From an uncultured Gammaproteobacteria bacterium (GTDB lineage Bacteria; Pseudomonadota; Gammaproteobacteria; UBA9214), in the NCBI GenBank assembly GCA_963773065.1, contig CAVYZN010000031.1, positions 17,307 to 81,306 on the forward strand: a DNA stretch of 64,000 nt, written 5' to 3'. This document shows positions 10,554 through 24,636 of this stretch, in pieces (within the stretch, counting starts at the first letter, position 1; each line of letters opens with the position of its first letter). Made by a program: the position numbers and the translations under genes. The notes under the pieces were generated by a model. The model did no database searches. It worked only from the letters and a program-made list of their open reading frames with translations, and had not been told where the DNA came from.

Positions 10554-10697
10554 AGTAGGTTTTAATGCAAAAACCAAACCAGATTCTGCCAATCATTGCG
10601 CTTTGTGAATAGTTTTAAAAAACTTCTATTAATCAACTTGTTTCAAAGAGCCACATCATCTTTATTTATTTATAGAATAATATCCAAAAATGAATTT

Positions 10698-10714
10698 TGC
10701 ACCATAACGGGGCG
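10698..10714. promoter_or_regulatory. Probable NtrC binding site upstream of ntrB
   Basis: TGCACCATAACGGGGCG versus consensus TGCACC-N4-TGGTGCA (17 bp). Confidence 0.55.
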
Positions 10715-10757
10715 CAATGCCATAGTATAGAGACGCCTTGCATTTGCATCCGAAACA

Positions 10758-11384
10758 CTAAGTTGGTGCGAATCCTATCGAATGCCAGGCATCGGTTGAG
10801 GTTTTGGCTGGGGTTTCGGTACGGGTTTGGACGGGTTTCGGCTGGGGTATTGGCTTGACGTTAAGTGGATTGTTGGGGTTCAGAATGGATTCCCGATGGA
10901 GGTGGAAAGCTACCGGATCACTAGTCATCACCGAATCACCCTTGGCATCAAGGATGCTCGCTGACAGGGTATAGGAACCGCGATCAAGATTGCTGAAGCT
11001 GATTGAGGTGTTACTTACCGGTATGCCTTTGGGTTCACCATTGAGGTAGAACTGGATCTTGTGACCCTGTTTGGTCATGAGGGGAGGTGCCAGCAAGATT
11101 CGAACCCGAACCACACCCTGATTATCCCGTATGGTGGCATCGTTCTCGGGTTCGAGTATCTTCATGCTCTCGTAGAGACTCGGTACCGGTGTGCTCTCGG
11201 GTGTACTCGACAACTGGGGCAGTGGGGGTGCCGTGTAGGTAGGCAGTTCCGGTAATTTCATCCGTTCCGCTTTCGGCATCGGCTGATCACTGTAAGTGAC
11301 TTCACCCCTGTCATTGACAGACTTGTAGACGTCCGCCTGGGCAATTCCAGCCAGCAGCATCAGTAATAGAGGTAAACGTTTCAT
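10758..11384 (-). CDS. Exported DUF4124-domain protein
   Basis: Signal peptide, VYKSVNDRGEVTYSDQP, C-terminal Ig-like domain. Usual position between glnA and ntrB. Confidence 0.8.
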   Translation of the reverse strand: MKRLPLLLMLLAGIAQADVYKSVNDRGEVTYSDQPMPKAERMKLPELPTYTAPPLPQLSSTPESTPVPSLYESMKILEPENDATIRDNQGVVRVRILLAPPLMTKQGHKIQFYLNGEPKGIPVSNTSISFSNLDRGSYTLSASILDAKGDSVMTSDPVAFHLHRESILNPNNPLNVKPIPQPKPVQTRTETPAKTSTDAWHSIGFAPT

Positions 11385-11472
11385 AAACTCACCATAATCT
11401 GGGTACCTTATCGATACAATACAGATTATCAGCAATTCTTACCAATTAGTCGGTACACCGTCTAATAACAAC

Positions 11473-11499
11473 AAAAAAGCGCCCCGGAAAGGGGCGCTT
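11473..11499 (-). terminator. glnA intrinsic terminator
   Basis: Minus strand AAGCGCCCC-TTTCC-GGGGCGCTT followed by a T run. Confidence 0.85.
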
Positions 11500-11521
11500 C
11501 CACTCGATACAACTAAAATAA

Positions 11522-12931
11522 CTATAGACTGTAGTACATATCGTACTCGACCGGATGAGTGGTCATGCGCAGGCGTGTGACTTCGCCCATCTTCAGATCG
11601 ATATAACCGTCAATCATATCGTCAGAGAACACGCCGCCTGTCGTCAGAAATTTGCGATCGTTGTCGAGCGCATCAAGAGCCTGATCCAGTGCATGACAGA
11701 CTTTCGGGATCTTTTTCTCTTCTTCCGGCGGCAGATCGTACAGGTCCTTGTCCATGGCATCACCCGGATCGATCTTGTTCTTGATACCATCCAGACCGGC
11801 CATCATCATCGCTGCAAAGGCAAAGTATGGATTGGCGCCTGGATCCGGGAAGCGTACCTCGATCCGTCGTGCCTGGGGATTGGAGTCGAATGGAATACGG
11901 ATGGATGCGGAACGGTTACGGGCTGAATAGGCGAGCATGACCGGCGCCTCGAAACCCGGCACTAGCCGCTTGTAACTGTTGGTGCCAGGGTTGGTGAAGG
12001 CATTCAGCGCACGCGCGTGCTTGAAGATACCGCCGATATAATACAGGGCCTGCTGCGACAACCCGCCATACTTGGTACCGGTGAAAATATTCTTCCCGTC
12101 CTTCGACAGCGACTGGTGCACATGCATGCCGCTGCCATTATCACCTACCAGCGGCTTGGGCATGAAGGTCGCTGTCTTGCCGTAGCCGTGGGCCACGTTC
12201 ATTACTACATACTTGAGTATCAGGACTTCATCAGCCTTGCGCACCATAGTGTTGAAACGCGTGCCGATTTCGCACTGTCCGGCAGTCGCCACCTCATGAT
12301 GATGCACCTCCACGGGAACACCCATCTCTTCCAGAGCTAGGCACATGGCGCTCCGAATGTCATGCAGCGAATCAACCGGAGGAACCGGGAAATAGCCACC
12401 CTTGTTGGTAGGGCGATGCCCGATATTACCGTCCTCGTAGACACGCTCCGAATTCCAGGCAGCCTCGTCAGAATCCACCTTGTAGAAGGCGCCGCTGATA
12501 TCGGCACCCCAGCGTACATCGTCGAGTATGAAAAACTCCGGCTCGGGACCGAAATAGGCGACATCGGCAATCTTGGTGGACTTGAGATATTCCTCGGCAC
12601 GCCGAGCAATCGAACGCGGGTCGCGCTCATAACCCTTCATGGTTGTAGGTTCGAGAATATCGCAGCGAAGAATCAAGGTGGTTTCGTCACTGAACAAATC
12701 CATGACGGCAGTTGATGTATCGGGCATCAGCACCATGTCTGACTCGTTGATTCCCTTCCATCCTGCAATGCTGGAACCATCGAACATTTTCCCATCCTTG
12801 AAAAACTCGGGCTTGATGATACCCGCGGGCAGAGTGACATGCTGTTCCTTGCCCCGGGTATCGGCAAAGCGCAGATCAACATACTTGACCTCATTATCCT
12901 TCAACATCTTCAATACTTTGGTGGCAGACAT
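11522..12931 (-). CDS. glnA: Glutamine synthetase type I
   Basis: [27 protein letters not shown], adenylylation motif KDLYDLP. Confidence 0.98.
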   Translation of the reverse strand: MSATKVLKMLKDNEVKYVDLRFADTRGKEQHVTLPAGIIKPEFFKDGKMFDGSSIAGWKGINESDMVLMPDTSTAVMDLFSDETTLILRCDILEPTTMKGYERDPRSIARRAEEYLKSTKIADVAYFGPEPEFFILDDVRWGADISGAFYKVDSDEAAWNSERVYEDGNIGHRPTNKGGYFPVPPVDSLHDIRSAMCLALEEMGVPVEVHHHEVATAGQCEIGTRFNTMVRKADEVLILKYVVMNVAHGYGKTATFMPKPLVGDNGSGMHVHQSLSKDGKNIFTGTKYGGLSQQALYYIGGIFKHARALNAFTNPGTNSYKRLVPGFEAPVMLAYSARNRSASIRIPFDSNPQARRIEVRFPDPGANPYFAFAAMMMAGLDGIKNKIDPGDAMDKDLYDLPPEEEKKIPKVCHALDQALDALDNDRKFLTTGGVFSDDMIDGYIDLKMGEVTRLRMTTHPVEYDMYYSL

Positions 12932-13028
12932 TACAACTCCTCCAGATTAAAACACTTCGAATTCACACACCGAGGTCATAGTGACAGCGGCTCTCTCGAC
13001 AAATCTTGCGATACTCCATCCAAACAAG

Positions 13029-13043
13029 GCAGGAATTATGCCA
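13029..13043 (-). promoter_or_regulatory. Sigma54 promoter of glnA
   Basis: Minus strand TGGCATAATTCCTGC has GG-N10-GC spacing. Confidence 0.75.
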
Positions 13044-13107
13044 TGGAAAGGTTTAGAGGCAATTGCCAGTTTTTTCACGACATTAGGCGTCCTACGCCCG
13101 AAACGAT

Positions 13108-13154
13108 TGCACTGTACTGGTGCATAAATTCAGACCAAGCACCACGATTGTGCG
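13108..13154. promoter_or_regulatory. Tandem NtrC enhancer sites
   Basis: TGCACTGTACTGGTGCA (13108-13124) and AGCACCACGATTGTGCG (13138-13154), 30 bp centre to centre, upstream of the sigma54 site. Confidence 0.8.
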
Positions 13155-13164
13155 ACCAGGCTGC

Positions 13165-13454
13165 GAAGATACACCGGAACCTCCCCGATGTCTTGCGCCA
13201 GTTGATTGGTATGGATGCTGGCGTTAATACCCCGGCTGGCATCGGCCATGGGGAGAAAGACGTCCACGTTCCTCCGGATCGATGTGCATGGTCATGCAGG
13301 AAACATCGTCGATCAGATCAATGAGCTTGGCGGCACCGAGTCCCCGATCCATTGGTCTTCTGACACGCTTGTCGACAAGTGATCCGATCAGCGTTACCTC
13401 ATGCACAACCCGATAACGAGCCCTCCAGTTTTGGATATCATCTGTACTTTCCAC
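13165..13454 (-). pseudogene. Remnant of a cation diffusion facilitator transporter
   Basis: N-terminal RYRVVHEVTLIGSLVD is joined directly to C-terminal-domain motifs SVSEDQWIGDSV and DDVSCMTMHIDPEE. The TM region is deleted. Confidence 0.65.
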
Positions 13455-13461
13455 GCTTTGC

Positions 13462-13694
13462 TTATTTGGTGTCACCCAGGCGAATGGTGATCTCGATCTC
13501 GTCAGCTGTCTGCTGATCTCACACACCTTGTGGCCATGCACCCTGCACCAGGACGGAATGCCATAAATGACACACGGATCGGTGCAAAACACACGTACAA
13601 CATCGCCTGTGCGCAGTCGTGCAACACTATCCTGAGTGCGGATTACGGGCAGCGGACAGAGCAGATATCTAGCATCAACGGTCTCGCTACTAAC
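13462..13694 (-). pseudogene. tusA: Degraded TusA-family sulfur carrier
   Basis: VDARYLLCPLPVIRTQ..TDP..IPSWCRVHGH, with a frameshift before DEIEITIRL and no clean start codon. Confidence 0.75.
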
Positions 13695-14580
13695 AGATTC
13701 CACTCTGAAGGGATCTGCTCTGATGGCAAGGGTGTTACCTGGTAATTCCGGGAAGCGCCATTTTTTTCTGTCTCCTCCATGGTGGCCTTCGCGGCATCAC
13801 GGCGCTTATAATATCGTGCGGGAATACGCACAGCCAATTCAAGATCATCTGGACGTGCTTCACCGTCATGCATCACCAGCGGCCCCCGTATAGTTGACTG
13901 GGGCCATGCGCACAAAACGCCTGCGGTAGCCTTCAAGATAGCGGTTTTCATCTTCCTCGCATCCTACAATTAGCTTGAAATAGGATCGCGATTACAGATG
14001 TCGCCCTACTTTGAGGAGAATAATGTTATCCGGTTCATAGTGTGTTCCACATGCGTTTCACACAGGTCTGCTAGTTTGCGAAAATACTGTCTGTCAATGA
14101 GTAAGCACCAGCCTCCCGCCGGCTGCGCGAATCCTCAATGCCATAGTGCCGCGCAAGGGCCATCTGCGGCTTGTGCGAACGGCCGTTTAAATCATGCATT
14201 TTCCCACGGTTCAAACAACCTGCCCGTTCCTGAAGCGTCGGCGTCAGGTTCCTTGAACACAGCGCGCGCACCAGGCGGTCGTGCGCACCGGAATCACGCG
14301 CGACCACCGGCATGTTGACGCGCCGTTGTGACTAGGGACACTGCCCGATAACTTCATCGGTGACGATGAAAGCAAATCGGCGCTCATTCATCCATGCATG
14401 CGCCTTTATGGCCATGAAGATCTTGCAATCCAGACAGAGGTTCAGGTTGGCGCCATAACCATGTTACGGTTGATAACGACCTGTTTAGATTCATCGATGA
14501 TTTGCAGCCTGATGCCCAGTTGCTCCGCCACCCACAGGGCATTATTGCGGTTGGGCCGCGGCTTTAAATTGTTTGCTCAT
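13691..14580 (-). pseudogene. Degraded ThiI/MnmA-like PP-loop tRNA-modification gene (DUF814-associated type)
   Basis: Blocks NNALWVAEQLGI, GYGANLNLCLDCKIFM, VTDEVIGQ, AQPAGGWC, ILLKVGRHL*, ENRYLEGYR and PSEWNL. It has in-frame stops and frameshifts, and the SGGLDS segment is deleted. Confidence 0.75.
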
Positions 14581-14988
14581 GACAGCATTGGATCGAGGTT
14601 TTTTCTGATTCAATCGTTCACAGCGATAAGCTTGAATACACGACAGATCCCATCCATGAAAAATATGCATGCTGCGGCTTTAACACGAAGAATCATAACT
14701 GCCACTGCGCCTGAGGTGGGAGCGAGAATCAGATGCTTCATGCTTTTACTCCGCTTGAGCCATGGTAACCTGATCGACATCCCGAAAGGATGCTTTAGCC
14801 CCCCCGCGTGGTGATGCCCGCTAACATGCCAGTTCACTGAAGGTTTGCCATAATGACATGGAGATCAACCGTCAGCTGAAAAAATTCCAGGCTCACTTGG
14901 GTCAGTGGGGAATTTTGCCGCACTGCACGTTATACTCCCCGCTCTGCGACTCCGTTTAAACCAACCATGATCAGTTTGAACCTTACCC

Positions 14989-15900
14989 GTGTCTGATAAG
15001 CCCAAAACATTCCAGGACCTGATTCTTGCGATCCAGAGCTACTGGGGACGCCAGGGTTGTGCCTTGCTGCAGCCCTACGATATGGAAGTGGGAGCTGGCA
15101 CCTTTCACCCGGCAACCTTCCTACGGGCAATCGGGCCCGAGCCCTGGCGTGCGGCCTATGTACAACCATCTCGGCGGCCTACCGACGGACGCTACGGTGA
15201 GAACCCGAACCGTTTGCAGCACTATTATCAGTACCAGGTGGTGATGAAACCCTCGCCACTGGATATCCAGGAGATCTATCTCGGCTCCCTGCGAGAACTC
15301 GGCATCGACCCACTAGTGCATGATATCCGCTTCGTCGAGGACAACTGGGAATCTCCGACACTGGGTGCCTGGGGTCTGGGCTGGGAGGTCTGGCTCAACG
15401 GCATGGAGGTCACGCAATTCACCTATTTCCAGCAGATCGGCGGCCTGGAATGCCGGCCGGTCACCGGTGAAATCACCTATGGCCTGGAACGTATCGCCAT
15501 GTACCTTCAGGAAGTCGAAAGCGTTTTCGATCTGGTCTGGACCGTGAGTGCGAATGGGCCTGTGACTTACCGGGACGTTTTCCACCAGAACGAAGTTGAG
15601 ATGTCGGCGTACAACTTCGAGCAGGCGGATATCGAATCATTACTGTCCTGGTTCGATGTCTGTGAGCGCGAAAGCGGCCGCCTGATCAAGGCAGGGCTGC
15701 CATTGCCAGCCTACGAAATGGTGCTTAAGGCATCGCACACCTTCAACCTGCTGGATGCGCGCAGCGCCATTTCTGTCACCGAACGGCAGCGTTATATCCT
15801 GCGTGTGCGCACCCTGGCGCGCCGGGTTGCCGAGGCCTACTACGAACGTCGTGAATCCTTCGGATTCCCCATGCTGGCGCCTGCGGGCAAACCCTCATGA
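14989..15900 (+). CDS. glyQ: Glycine-tRNA ligase alpha subunit
   Basis: [42 protein letters not shown]. Confidence 0.98.
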   Translation: MSDKPKTFQDLILAIQSYWGRQGCALLQPYDMEVGAGTFHPATFLRAIGPEPWRAAYVQPSRRPTDGRYGENPNRLQHYYQYQVVMKPSPLDIQEIYLGSLRELGIDPLVHDIRFVEDNWESPTLGAWGLGWEVWLNGMEVTQFTYFQQIGGLECRPVTGEITYGLERIAMYLQEVESVFDLVWTVSANGPVTYRDVFHQNEVEMSAYNFEQADIESLLSWFDVCERESGRLIKAGLPLPAYEMVLKASHTFNLLDARSAISVTERQRYILRVRTLARRVAEAYYERRESFGFPMLAPAGKPS

Positions 15901-17972
15901 CTGATCAACATGACCTGCTGATCGAGATCGGCACCGAAGAGCTGCCGCCCCTGTCGTTGCGTACACTGGCCGATGCCTTTAAATCCGCGCTGAGCGATTT
16001 ACTGGATGAGTACCATCTGGCGCACGGTGCCAGTCATGCCTACGCTTCGCCCCGTAGGCTTGCGGTCCATATCGAGCAGATACCGTCGCATCAACCCGAC
16101 CGGGAAGTGATACGTCGCGGCCCGGCCCTGACCGTTTCCTTTGATGAGGACGGCAAACCGACCCAACCTGCGGAAGGGTTCGCGCGCTCCTGCGGTGTTA
16201 CGGTTGCGGAACTCGATCAACTGGAAACCGGCAAGGGCAGTTGGCTATCTTGGCGCATGCGTGAAACCGGCAAGGCGTCAACGGAGGTCATTCCGGAACT
16301 CATTGAACTTGCCCTCAAGGCTCTGCCGGCACCCAAGCGCATGCGCTGGGCTGACCGGGACGAGGAGTTCGTACGCCCCGTCCACTGGATCCTGTTATTG
16401 TTCGGCAGGGATCCTGTCAAGTCGAAGATACTTGGCTTGACGGCTGACCGTTACACACGTGGTCATCGTTTTCACTGTAACGAAAAGATTAACGTCGCTG
16501 AACCCGCCGTGTATGTGGAAACACTGGAGAAAGTTGGCCGTGTGCTCGTGGACATGGATCGGCGCCGTGAGACAATACGCCGCCAGGTGATGGACGCCGG
16601 AAAGGCATTGGGTGGCAAAGCACTCATCGACGAGGAGCTGCTTCAAGAAGTCACCGCACTGGTGGAATGGCCGGTGGCGATTGCCGGCGATTTTGAGCAC
16701 CGTTTTCTCGAAGTTCCCGCAGAAGCGTTGATCTCGAGCATGCAAGACCATCAGAAGTTTTTTCCGGTCGTCGACGGCAACGGTAATTTGATGCCGCACT
16801 TCATAACCGTCGCCAACATCGAGAGCAAGGATCCGGCACAGGTAAAGGCCGGCAATGAACGCGTCATTCGACCGAGATTGGAAGATTCCGTGTTTTTCTG
16901 GAACCAGGACCGCAAGCAACCACTGGAATACCGTGCCGGGCAACTGGACGCAGTGACCTTTCAGCAGCAACTCGGCTCACTGGGTGACAAACAAAGGCGC
17001 ATCGAGGTCATCGCGACATTCATTGCCGGTTCGCTCGGTTCCAATACCGAACTTGCACAACGCGCAGCGGCTCTCTGCAAATGCGATCTGTTGACCAGCA
17101 TGGTGTTCGAGTTCCCTGAATTACAGGGCGTGATGGGGCGTTACTATGCTGTACACGACGGTGAACATCCCGAGGTAGCGGCCGCACTGGATGAGCAATA
17201 CCAGCCACGCTTCGCCGGTGACACCTTGCCAAGCACACACACCGGCCAGGCGCTGGCCATCGCCGACCGGCTGGACACACTGGTAGGCATCTTCGCCATC
17301 GGTCATCCACCCACGGGTGACAAGGATCCGTTTGGACTGCGCCGGGCTGCGCTTGGTGTATTGCGCATCATGATCGAACACAAACTTGACCTTGACCTGC
17401 ATGAAATGATCGCTATTGCAGCTGCGATCATGCCGGCGCAGGTAAAGGCTAGCAGGATCACAGTTGACCTGTTTGCCTTCATGATGGAGCGCCTTCGCGC
17501 CTACTACCTTGATGCAGGTTACGATGGCGATGTTTTCGAGGCCGTTCTGGCATGTCAGCCGGTACGGCCATTGGATTTTGACCAGCGCATGCACGCGGTT
17601 AAGTCTTTTCGCAACCTGCGGGAGTCGGAAAGCCTGGCTGCCGCCAACAAGCGTATCCGTAACATACTACGCAAGTCCGGAACAAAGATACCTGCTGTCT
17701 ATGACAGCGATCTGCTGCAGGAAAGCGCTGAACGGACGCTCGCAAAAGCGGTTCGTGATCTTGATGCAATCGTCACTCCGTTATTTGAAAAGCGTGCCTA
17801 CACCGAGGCACTTTGCAAGCTCGCCGCCCTGCAGGACCCGGTGGATCGATTCTTTGACTCGGTCATGGTCATGGCGGACGACCCGATAATGCGCAACAAT
17901 CGACTGGCCCTGCTTAGTGTGTTGTCTGATCTATTCTTGCGGGTCGCAGACATCTCGCGTCTGCAGGGATAG
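15897..17972 (+). CDS. glyS: Glycine-tRNA ligase beta subunit
   Basis: [32 protein letters not shown]. Confidence 0.97.
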   Translation: MTDQHDLLIEIGTEELPPLSLRTLADAFKSALSDLLDEYHLAHGASHAYASPRRLAVHIEQIPSHQPDREVIRRGPALTVSFDEDGKPTQPAEGFARSCGVTVAELDQLETGKGSWLSWRMRETGKASTEVIPELIELALKALPAPKRMRWADRDEEFVRPVHWILLLFGRDPVKSKILGLTADRYTRGHRFHCNEKINVAEPAVYVETLEKVGRVLVDMDRRRETIRRQVMDAGKALGGKALIDEELLQEVTALVEWPVAIAGDFEHRFLEVPAEALISSMQDHQKFFPVVDGNGNLMPHFITVANIESKDPAQVKAGNERVIRPRLEDSVFFWNQDRKQPLEYRAGQLDAVTFQQQLGSLGDKQRRIEVIATFIAGSLGSNTELAQRAAALCKCDLLTSMVFEFPELQGVMGRYYAVHDGEHPEVAAALDEQYQPRFAGDTLPSTHTGQALAIADRLDTLVGIFAIGHPPTGDKDPFGLRRAALGVLRIMIEHKLDLDLHEMIAIAAAIMPAQVKASRITVDLFAFMMERLRAYYLDAGYDGDVFEAVLACQPVRPLDFDQRMHAVKSFRNLRESESLAAANKRIRNILRKSGTKIPAVYDSDLLQESAERTLAKAVRDLDAIVTPLFEKRAYTEALCKLAALQDPVDRFFDSVMVMADDPIMRNNRLALLSVLSDLFLRVADISRLQG

Positions 17973-18166
17973 TTAAATTACTCATTGCAGTGCCACTACG
18001 ATCGTAAAGTGAACATCCTCGGTGAGAAATATGCATATGATAATCCATTGCCATGCATTGACTATTTTTTCATCAAGCATGCATGCCGCTGTGTCACTCT
18101 GTTTCCTTGACGTGTTTGTGGTGAACTTGGAGTTCAGCATGAAATATCACCTTCAAAAGTCCATCT

Positions 18167-18502
18167 ATGACAGATAGTGATTCCTTTAGTGCGATGCTGG
18201 CTGCCGTACAGTCATTCCACGACAAACATAATTTCAAGAATACCGGTGGTGAGGAACTGGCCTACCGTGTTGCCCTGATGACCGAGGAATTGGGGGAGAT
18301 CTCCTCCTGCATCACCAAGGGCAAGGATATCCATAAGCTATCTGAAGAATGTGCCGATCTCTTTATTCTCTTGATCGGTACCGCCATAGCGGCGGATTTC
18401 GATATGAAGGAGGCGTTCTGGACAAAGATGAAGAAGCTTGAGAATCGTGAATCCCGCGTCATCAACGGACGCATTCGGGTATCCGAGTTCCGTGACATGT
18501 GA
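18167..18502 (+). CDS. MazG-like NTP pyrophosphohydrolase
   Basis: EELGE..EECAD metal-binding pattern. Confidence 0.75.
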   Translation: MTDSDSFSAMLAAVQSFHDKHNFKNTGGEELAYRVALMTEELGEISSCITKGKDIHKLSEECADLFILLIGTAIAADFDMKEAFWTKMKKLENRESRVINGRIRVSEFRDM

Positions 18503-18599
18503 TTTGCAATTATGCAGGCTCTTTTACTCGTTATGCGTTCCAGTATTAATTTCGTATCATCTGATACCGAATCATAGTCGCACAAGAATGTGTACTTCC

Positions 18600-19163
18600 A
18601 TGCAGCTTGTCATTCTCGATCGCGATGGTGTTATCAATATAGACTCAGATGATTACGTCAAGTCACCGGCTGAATGGATACCAATCCCCGGCAGTCTTGA
18701 AGCCATAGCCCGCCTTCATCGTGCCGATTGGCACGTTATTGTAGTTACCAACCAGTCTGGTATCGCTAGAAGGCTTATTGATCTGGACATACTCGTACGC
18801 ATACATGAAAAAATGCATCGTAGCGTCTCCGAAGCTGGCGGATTAATAGATGCCGTTTTTTTTTGCCCACATGGCCCGAATGACAACTGCAACTGTCGTA
18901 AACCCAAGCCCGGTCTGTTTCTGGACATCGCCCGCCGGCTTCGCATCAACCTTTATGGTGTCCCAGCAATTGGCGATTCGTTACATGATCTGCAGGCAGC
19001 CCAGGCTGCGGGCGCATCCCCCATTTTGGTCAAAACAGGCAAGGGATCCTCTACCCTAAACAATCCCGAAATCACGATCGATGTACCGGTATTCAGCAGT
19101 CTTGCCGGTGCAGTGGACGCACTGTTGGTCACCAATCCGAAGGATAATTCGAGTAGCCAATGA
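18600..19163 (+). CDS. gmhB: Heptose 1,7-bisphosphate phosphatase
   Basis: LDRDGVIN, TNQSGIAR, CPH..CNCRKP, GDS. Confidence 0.93.
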   Translation: MQLVILDRDGVINIDSDDYVKSPAEWIPIPGSLEAIARLHRADWHVIVVTNQSGIARRLIDLDILVRIHEKMHRSVSEAGGLIDAVFFCPHGPNDNCNCRKPKPGLFLDIARRLRINLYGVPAIGDSLHDLQAAQAAGASPILVKTGKGSSTLNNPEITIDVPVFSSLAGAVDALLVTNPKDNSSSQ

Positions 19164-19909
19164 ACCAAGCATCTGCTCATCAATTCCAGTGGTTCGTACT
19201 CTATCTGCGTGCACTGGCTTTCTGGCTGGTCTTTGCCACCACCACCGTGCTTGCGGCCGTACTGGTCCTGCTAATGTTCCCCCTGAAGCTACGACAACGG
19301 CAAAGATTTGTTACCTGGTGGGTAGGATTTATCCTCTGGTGGCTTGAGGTAACATGCCAACTTCGTTATGAGATCAGCGGACAGGAAAACATTCCTACCG
19401 GACCCGCCATTGTCTTTGCCAAACATCAATCCACTTGGGAAACACTCGCCCTGCAACACATATTCCCGTCACAGATATGGGTAGCCAAGCGCGAGTTGCT
19501 CTGGATACCGTTTTTTGGCTGGGGCCTGGCGCTAATGAAACCAATTGCCATTAAACGCGGCACCGGTCGTGCAGCCGTAATGCAGTTGATCCGGCAGGGA
19601 AAGGAACGTCTGAAGGAAGGTTTTTGGGTGATAATCTTCCCCGAGGGAACCCGTGTCCCACCGGGCCAGAAGGGTCGTTACCGGATTGGCGGTGCTGTGT
19701 TGGCTGAGCATTCGGGTTACCCAGTTATTCCTGTTGCACACAATGCAGGTGAATTCTGGCCTCGCCACAGCTTTATCAAGCGACCGGGAATTATCCAGGT
19801 ACACATTGGTCGCACCATCTCACCTGCTGGTAAGTCGGCGCAGGAAATCATGCATGTTGCAGAAAACTGGATTGAATCCGTTATAGCTAATATAAAAACA
19901 ACTAACTGA
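19160..19909 (+). CDS. plsC: 1-acyl-sn-glycerol-3-phosphate acyltransferase
   Basis: KHQSTWET and IFPEGTR motifs. Follows gmhB. Confidence 0.88.
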   Translation: MNQASAHQFQWFVLYLRALAFWLVFATTTVLAAVLVLLMFPLKLRQRQRFVTWWVGFILWWLEVTCQLRYEISGQENIPTGPAIVFAKHQSTWETLALQHIFPSQIWVAKRELLWIPFFGWGLALMKPIAIKRGTGRAAVMQLIRQGKERLKEGFWVIIFPEGTRVPPGQKGRYRIGGAVLAEHSGYPVIPVAHNAGEFWPRHSFIKRPGIIQVHIGRTISPAGKSAQEIMHVAENWIESVIANIKTTN

Positions 19910-19942
19910 TATACAATAGCTACGTAATGCCATCATATATAC

Positions 19943-22378
<2,436 letters not shown>

Positions 22379-22390
22379 TCAAGCGAGGCA

Positions 22391-23485
22391 TTATAGCACC
22401 TCATGAATCACGCCATGTTCCACGTGGAACCTTTTTATTGCGGACCACGCTGCCAGGTTAATGGTGTGCGTATCAATAACTGTCACAAAGATCTGGATTC
22501 CAATTTCCTGTAGACAGCTGAGAATGCGTAACTGGTATTCCTCATCCAATTCACTGCCGAGATCATCGAGTAAAAACGCCCCTCGTGGCGCATTCAAGGA
22601 ACATTGCAGCTTCATCTGGCCCATCAGTAAAGCCAATGTAATTGCCTTTTGCTGACCACGCGAGTAATTCGACTTTACATGCCTGCCATCTACCAGCAAT
22701 GCAATATCAGCTCGATGCGGGCCACAGTGGGAATAACCCTGGGCAAGATCCTTATGGAGTGTTTTTTTCATTGCAGCATGTAACGCGACATCTTTTTGCC
22801 ATCCAGATATATAGCGAATAGTCAGCGTCCTGCCGGGTAGTAGACTCTCCAATTCAGTCTGGATATGCGGTTCCAAGTTAACGAGATAATTCCGTCGCAT
22901 CTGGTCTAGGCTCTCAGCCGCATCCACGAGTTCCCTGTCCCATGCAATTACCTGTATTGATGGCGCATTGGATCTCAATGCAGCATTACGCTGCCGAAGG
23001 GCACGGGCGTAACGTTGCCAAACGTTTCGGTAACCATGTTCCACGTGGAACAATGCCCAGTCGAGGGACTGGCGTCGCCAACGTGGTCCACCATTCAGAA
23101 AGTTTGCGGTATCTCCAGCCATAATCGTGACCGGGAAACATCCCGCTAATTCCGAAAGCTTTTGCACGTTTTGACCAGCAATGTGAATCCGGTAGCGACC
23201 ATGACAACGTTCCATCCCGATCGGGACCGCTCGCTCTCCCGTCAAACCAATCCGGCCAACGAGTTGGTAGGCAGGCTGTCCTTCCCGGACAAGGTTGTTT
23301 CCATCGAGGGTACGAAATGAACGCACACGGCCTAAACAATAAATGGCCTCCAGGAGGTTGGTTTTCCCAGCCGCATTAGACCCCGAAATCAGGTTGAGAC
23401 CATGTGAAAATGACAAACTTGCGCTCTCAATATTGCGAAAATTGCCAATATCTAGCGAAAGCAGTCCCGTGGTTGTTGCTGACAA
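22391..23485 (-). CDS. recF: DNA replication/repair protein RecF
   Basis: FRNI, GSNAAGKTNLLEA, GPHRAD, SRGQQK, LLDD. Confidence 0.95.
   Translation of the reverse strand: MSATTTGLLSLDIGNFRNIESASLSFSHGLNLISGSNAAGKTNLLEAIYCLGRVRSFRTLDGNNLVREGQPAYQLVGRIGLTGERAVPIGMERCHGRYRIHIAGQNVQKLSELAGCFPVTIMAGDTANFLNGGPRWRRQSLDWALFHVEHGYRNVWQRYARALRQRNAALRSNAPSIQVIAWDRELVDAAESLDQMRRNYLVNLEPHIQTELESLLPGRTLTIRYISGWQKDVALHAAMKKTLHKDLAQGYSHCGPHRADIALLVDGRHVKSNYSRGQQKAITLALLMGQMKLQCSLNAPRGAFLLDDLGSELDEEYQLRILSCLQEIGIQIFVTVIDTHTINLAAWSAIKRFHVEHGVIHEVL
22416..22431. other. parS: parS centromere-like site
   Basis: TGTTCCACGTGGAACC, one mismatch from the palindrome. Confidence 0.85.
23037..23052. other. parS: parS centromere-like site
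   Basis: Perfect palindrome TGTTCCACGTGGAACA. Confidence 0.9.
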
Positions 23486-23535
23486 GGATTCTTAAGTTAA
23501 CAGGATGGAGTGGGTACGGCAGAGACGGAATATAA

Positions 23536-24636
23536 TTACAAGCGCATCGGCATGATCACATAACGGCAGTCACTAATCCCGGGTTTATAGATAAGTGCAC
23601 TGCTATTGGCATCTGCCAACATAATTTCAACATCATCGGTATTAATTGCAGTCAACACATCCAGTAGATAGGTAACATTAAATCCAATCAACAGTGGTTC
23701 ATTCTCATAGTCGACCTCAATTTCCTCGACTGCCTCTTCTTGTTCAGGATTATGTGCTTGAATTTTAATATTATTTCTTGATAAATCCATGCGGATTCCA
23801 CGGTACTTTTCGTTGGAAAGAATTGAGGTGCGCGACAGGGCCTGGCGCAACACCTCCCGTTTAACCAATAAGCGCTTATCAGCACTCTTTGGTATGACGC
23901 GGTGGTAGTCGGGAAAGCGTCCATCAATCAATTTTGAAGTAAAACGCAATTCATCCGTGGTAATACGAATGTGATTTGTGCCGATTTCCACCTGTATTGG
24001 TTTCTTATTTTCTTCCAGCAAGCGGTGCAATTCCTGCACCCCCTTACGTGGGACAATCACCTGTTGCACTTCACCGTCGCCGACGTCCACGGCAAATTCA
24101 CACAGGGCCATACGATGCCCATCAGTTGCAACAGCGCGCAATATACCACTGGATGGTTCCAACATGAGGCCGTTTAAGTAGTAACGTACATCCTGCTGAG
24201 CCATGGAAAATGCGGTGCGTTCGATCAATCGGCGCAGGTCATCCTGTGGTACTTGGAATGAGCGTGCGCTTTTTATCTTTTCCACGACTGGGAAATCACT
24301 GGCCGGCATGGTGGTCAGTGTAAAGCGACTCTTGCCCGAACGGATCTGGGCACGATCTTCGCTGATGGTTATATCGATTTCATTGCCTTCCGGTAGAGAA
24401 CGGCAGATTTCGAGCAGCTTGCGTGCCGAGAGTGTGATATCACCCACTTCAGTGATTGTTATACTGACCTGTGTTTGCAGTTCCACTTCAAGGTCAGTTG
24501 CAGTCAGCTTCAAGCCTTTCTTGGTTGCGTTGAGTAGTACATTACCCAGTATAGGTAACGTCTGGCGTCGTTCCACGACACCGGCTACCTGTTGGAGTGG
24601 TTTCAGAAGTGTTTCACGCTGAATGGTAAGTTTCAT
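23536..24636 (-). CDS. dnaN: DNA polymerase III beta clamp
   Basis: VERRQTLPILGN, ATDLE, QDVRYYLNG, ATDGHR, MPMRL. Confidence 0.98.
   Translation of the reverse strand: MKLTIQRETLLKPLQQVAGVVERRQTLPILGNVLLNATKKGLKLTATDLEVELQTQVSITITEVGDITLSARKLLEICRSLPEGNEIDITISEDRAQIRSGKSRFTLTTMPASDFPVVEKIKSARSFQVPQDDLRRLIERTAFSMAQQDVRYYLNGLMLEPSSGILRAVATDGHRMALCEFAVDVGDGEVQQVIVPRKGVQELHRLLEENKKPIQVEIGTNHIRITTDELRFTSKLIDGRFPDYHRVIPKSADKRLLVKREVLRQALSRTSILSNEKYRGIRMDLSRNNIKIQAHNPEQEEAVEEIEVDYENEPLLIGFNVTYLLDVLTAINTDDVEIMLADANSSALIYKPGISDCRYVIMPMRL

Noticed and set aside
14600-14900. Possible further gene remnant (75-aa minus ORF)
   Set aside because: I could not match it to any family, so it is left unassigned.
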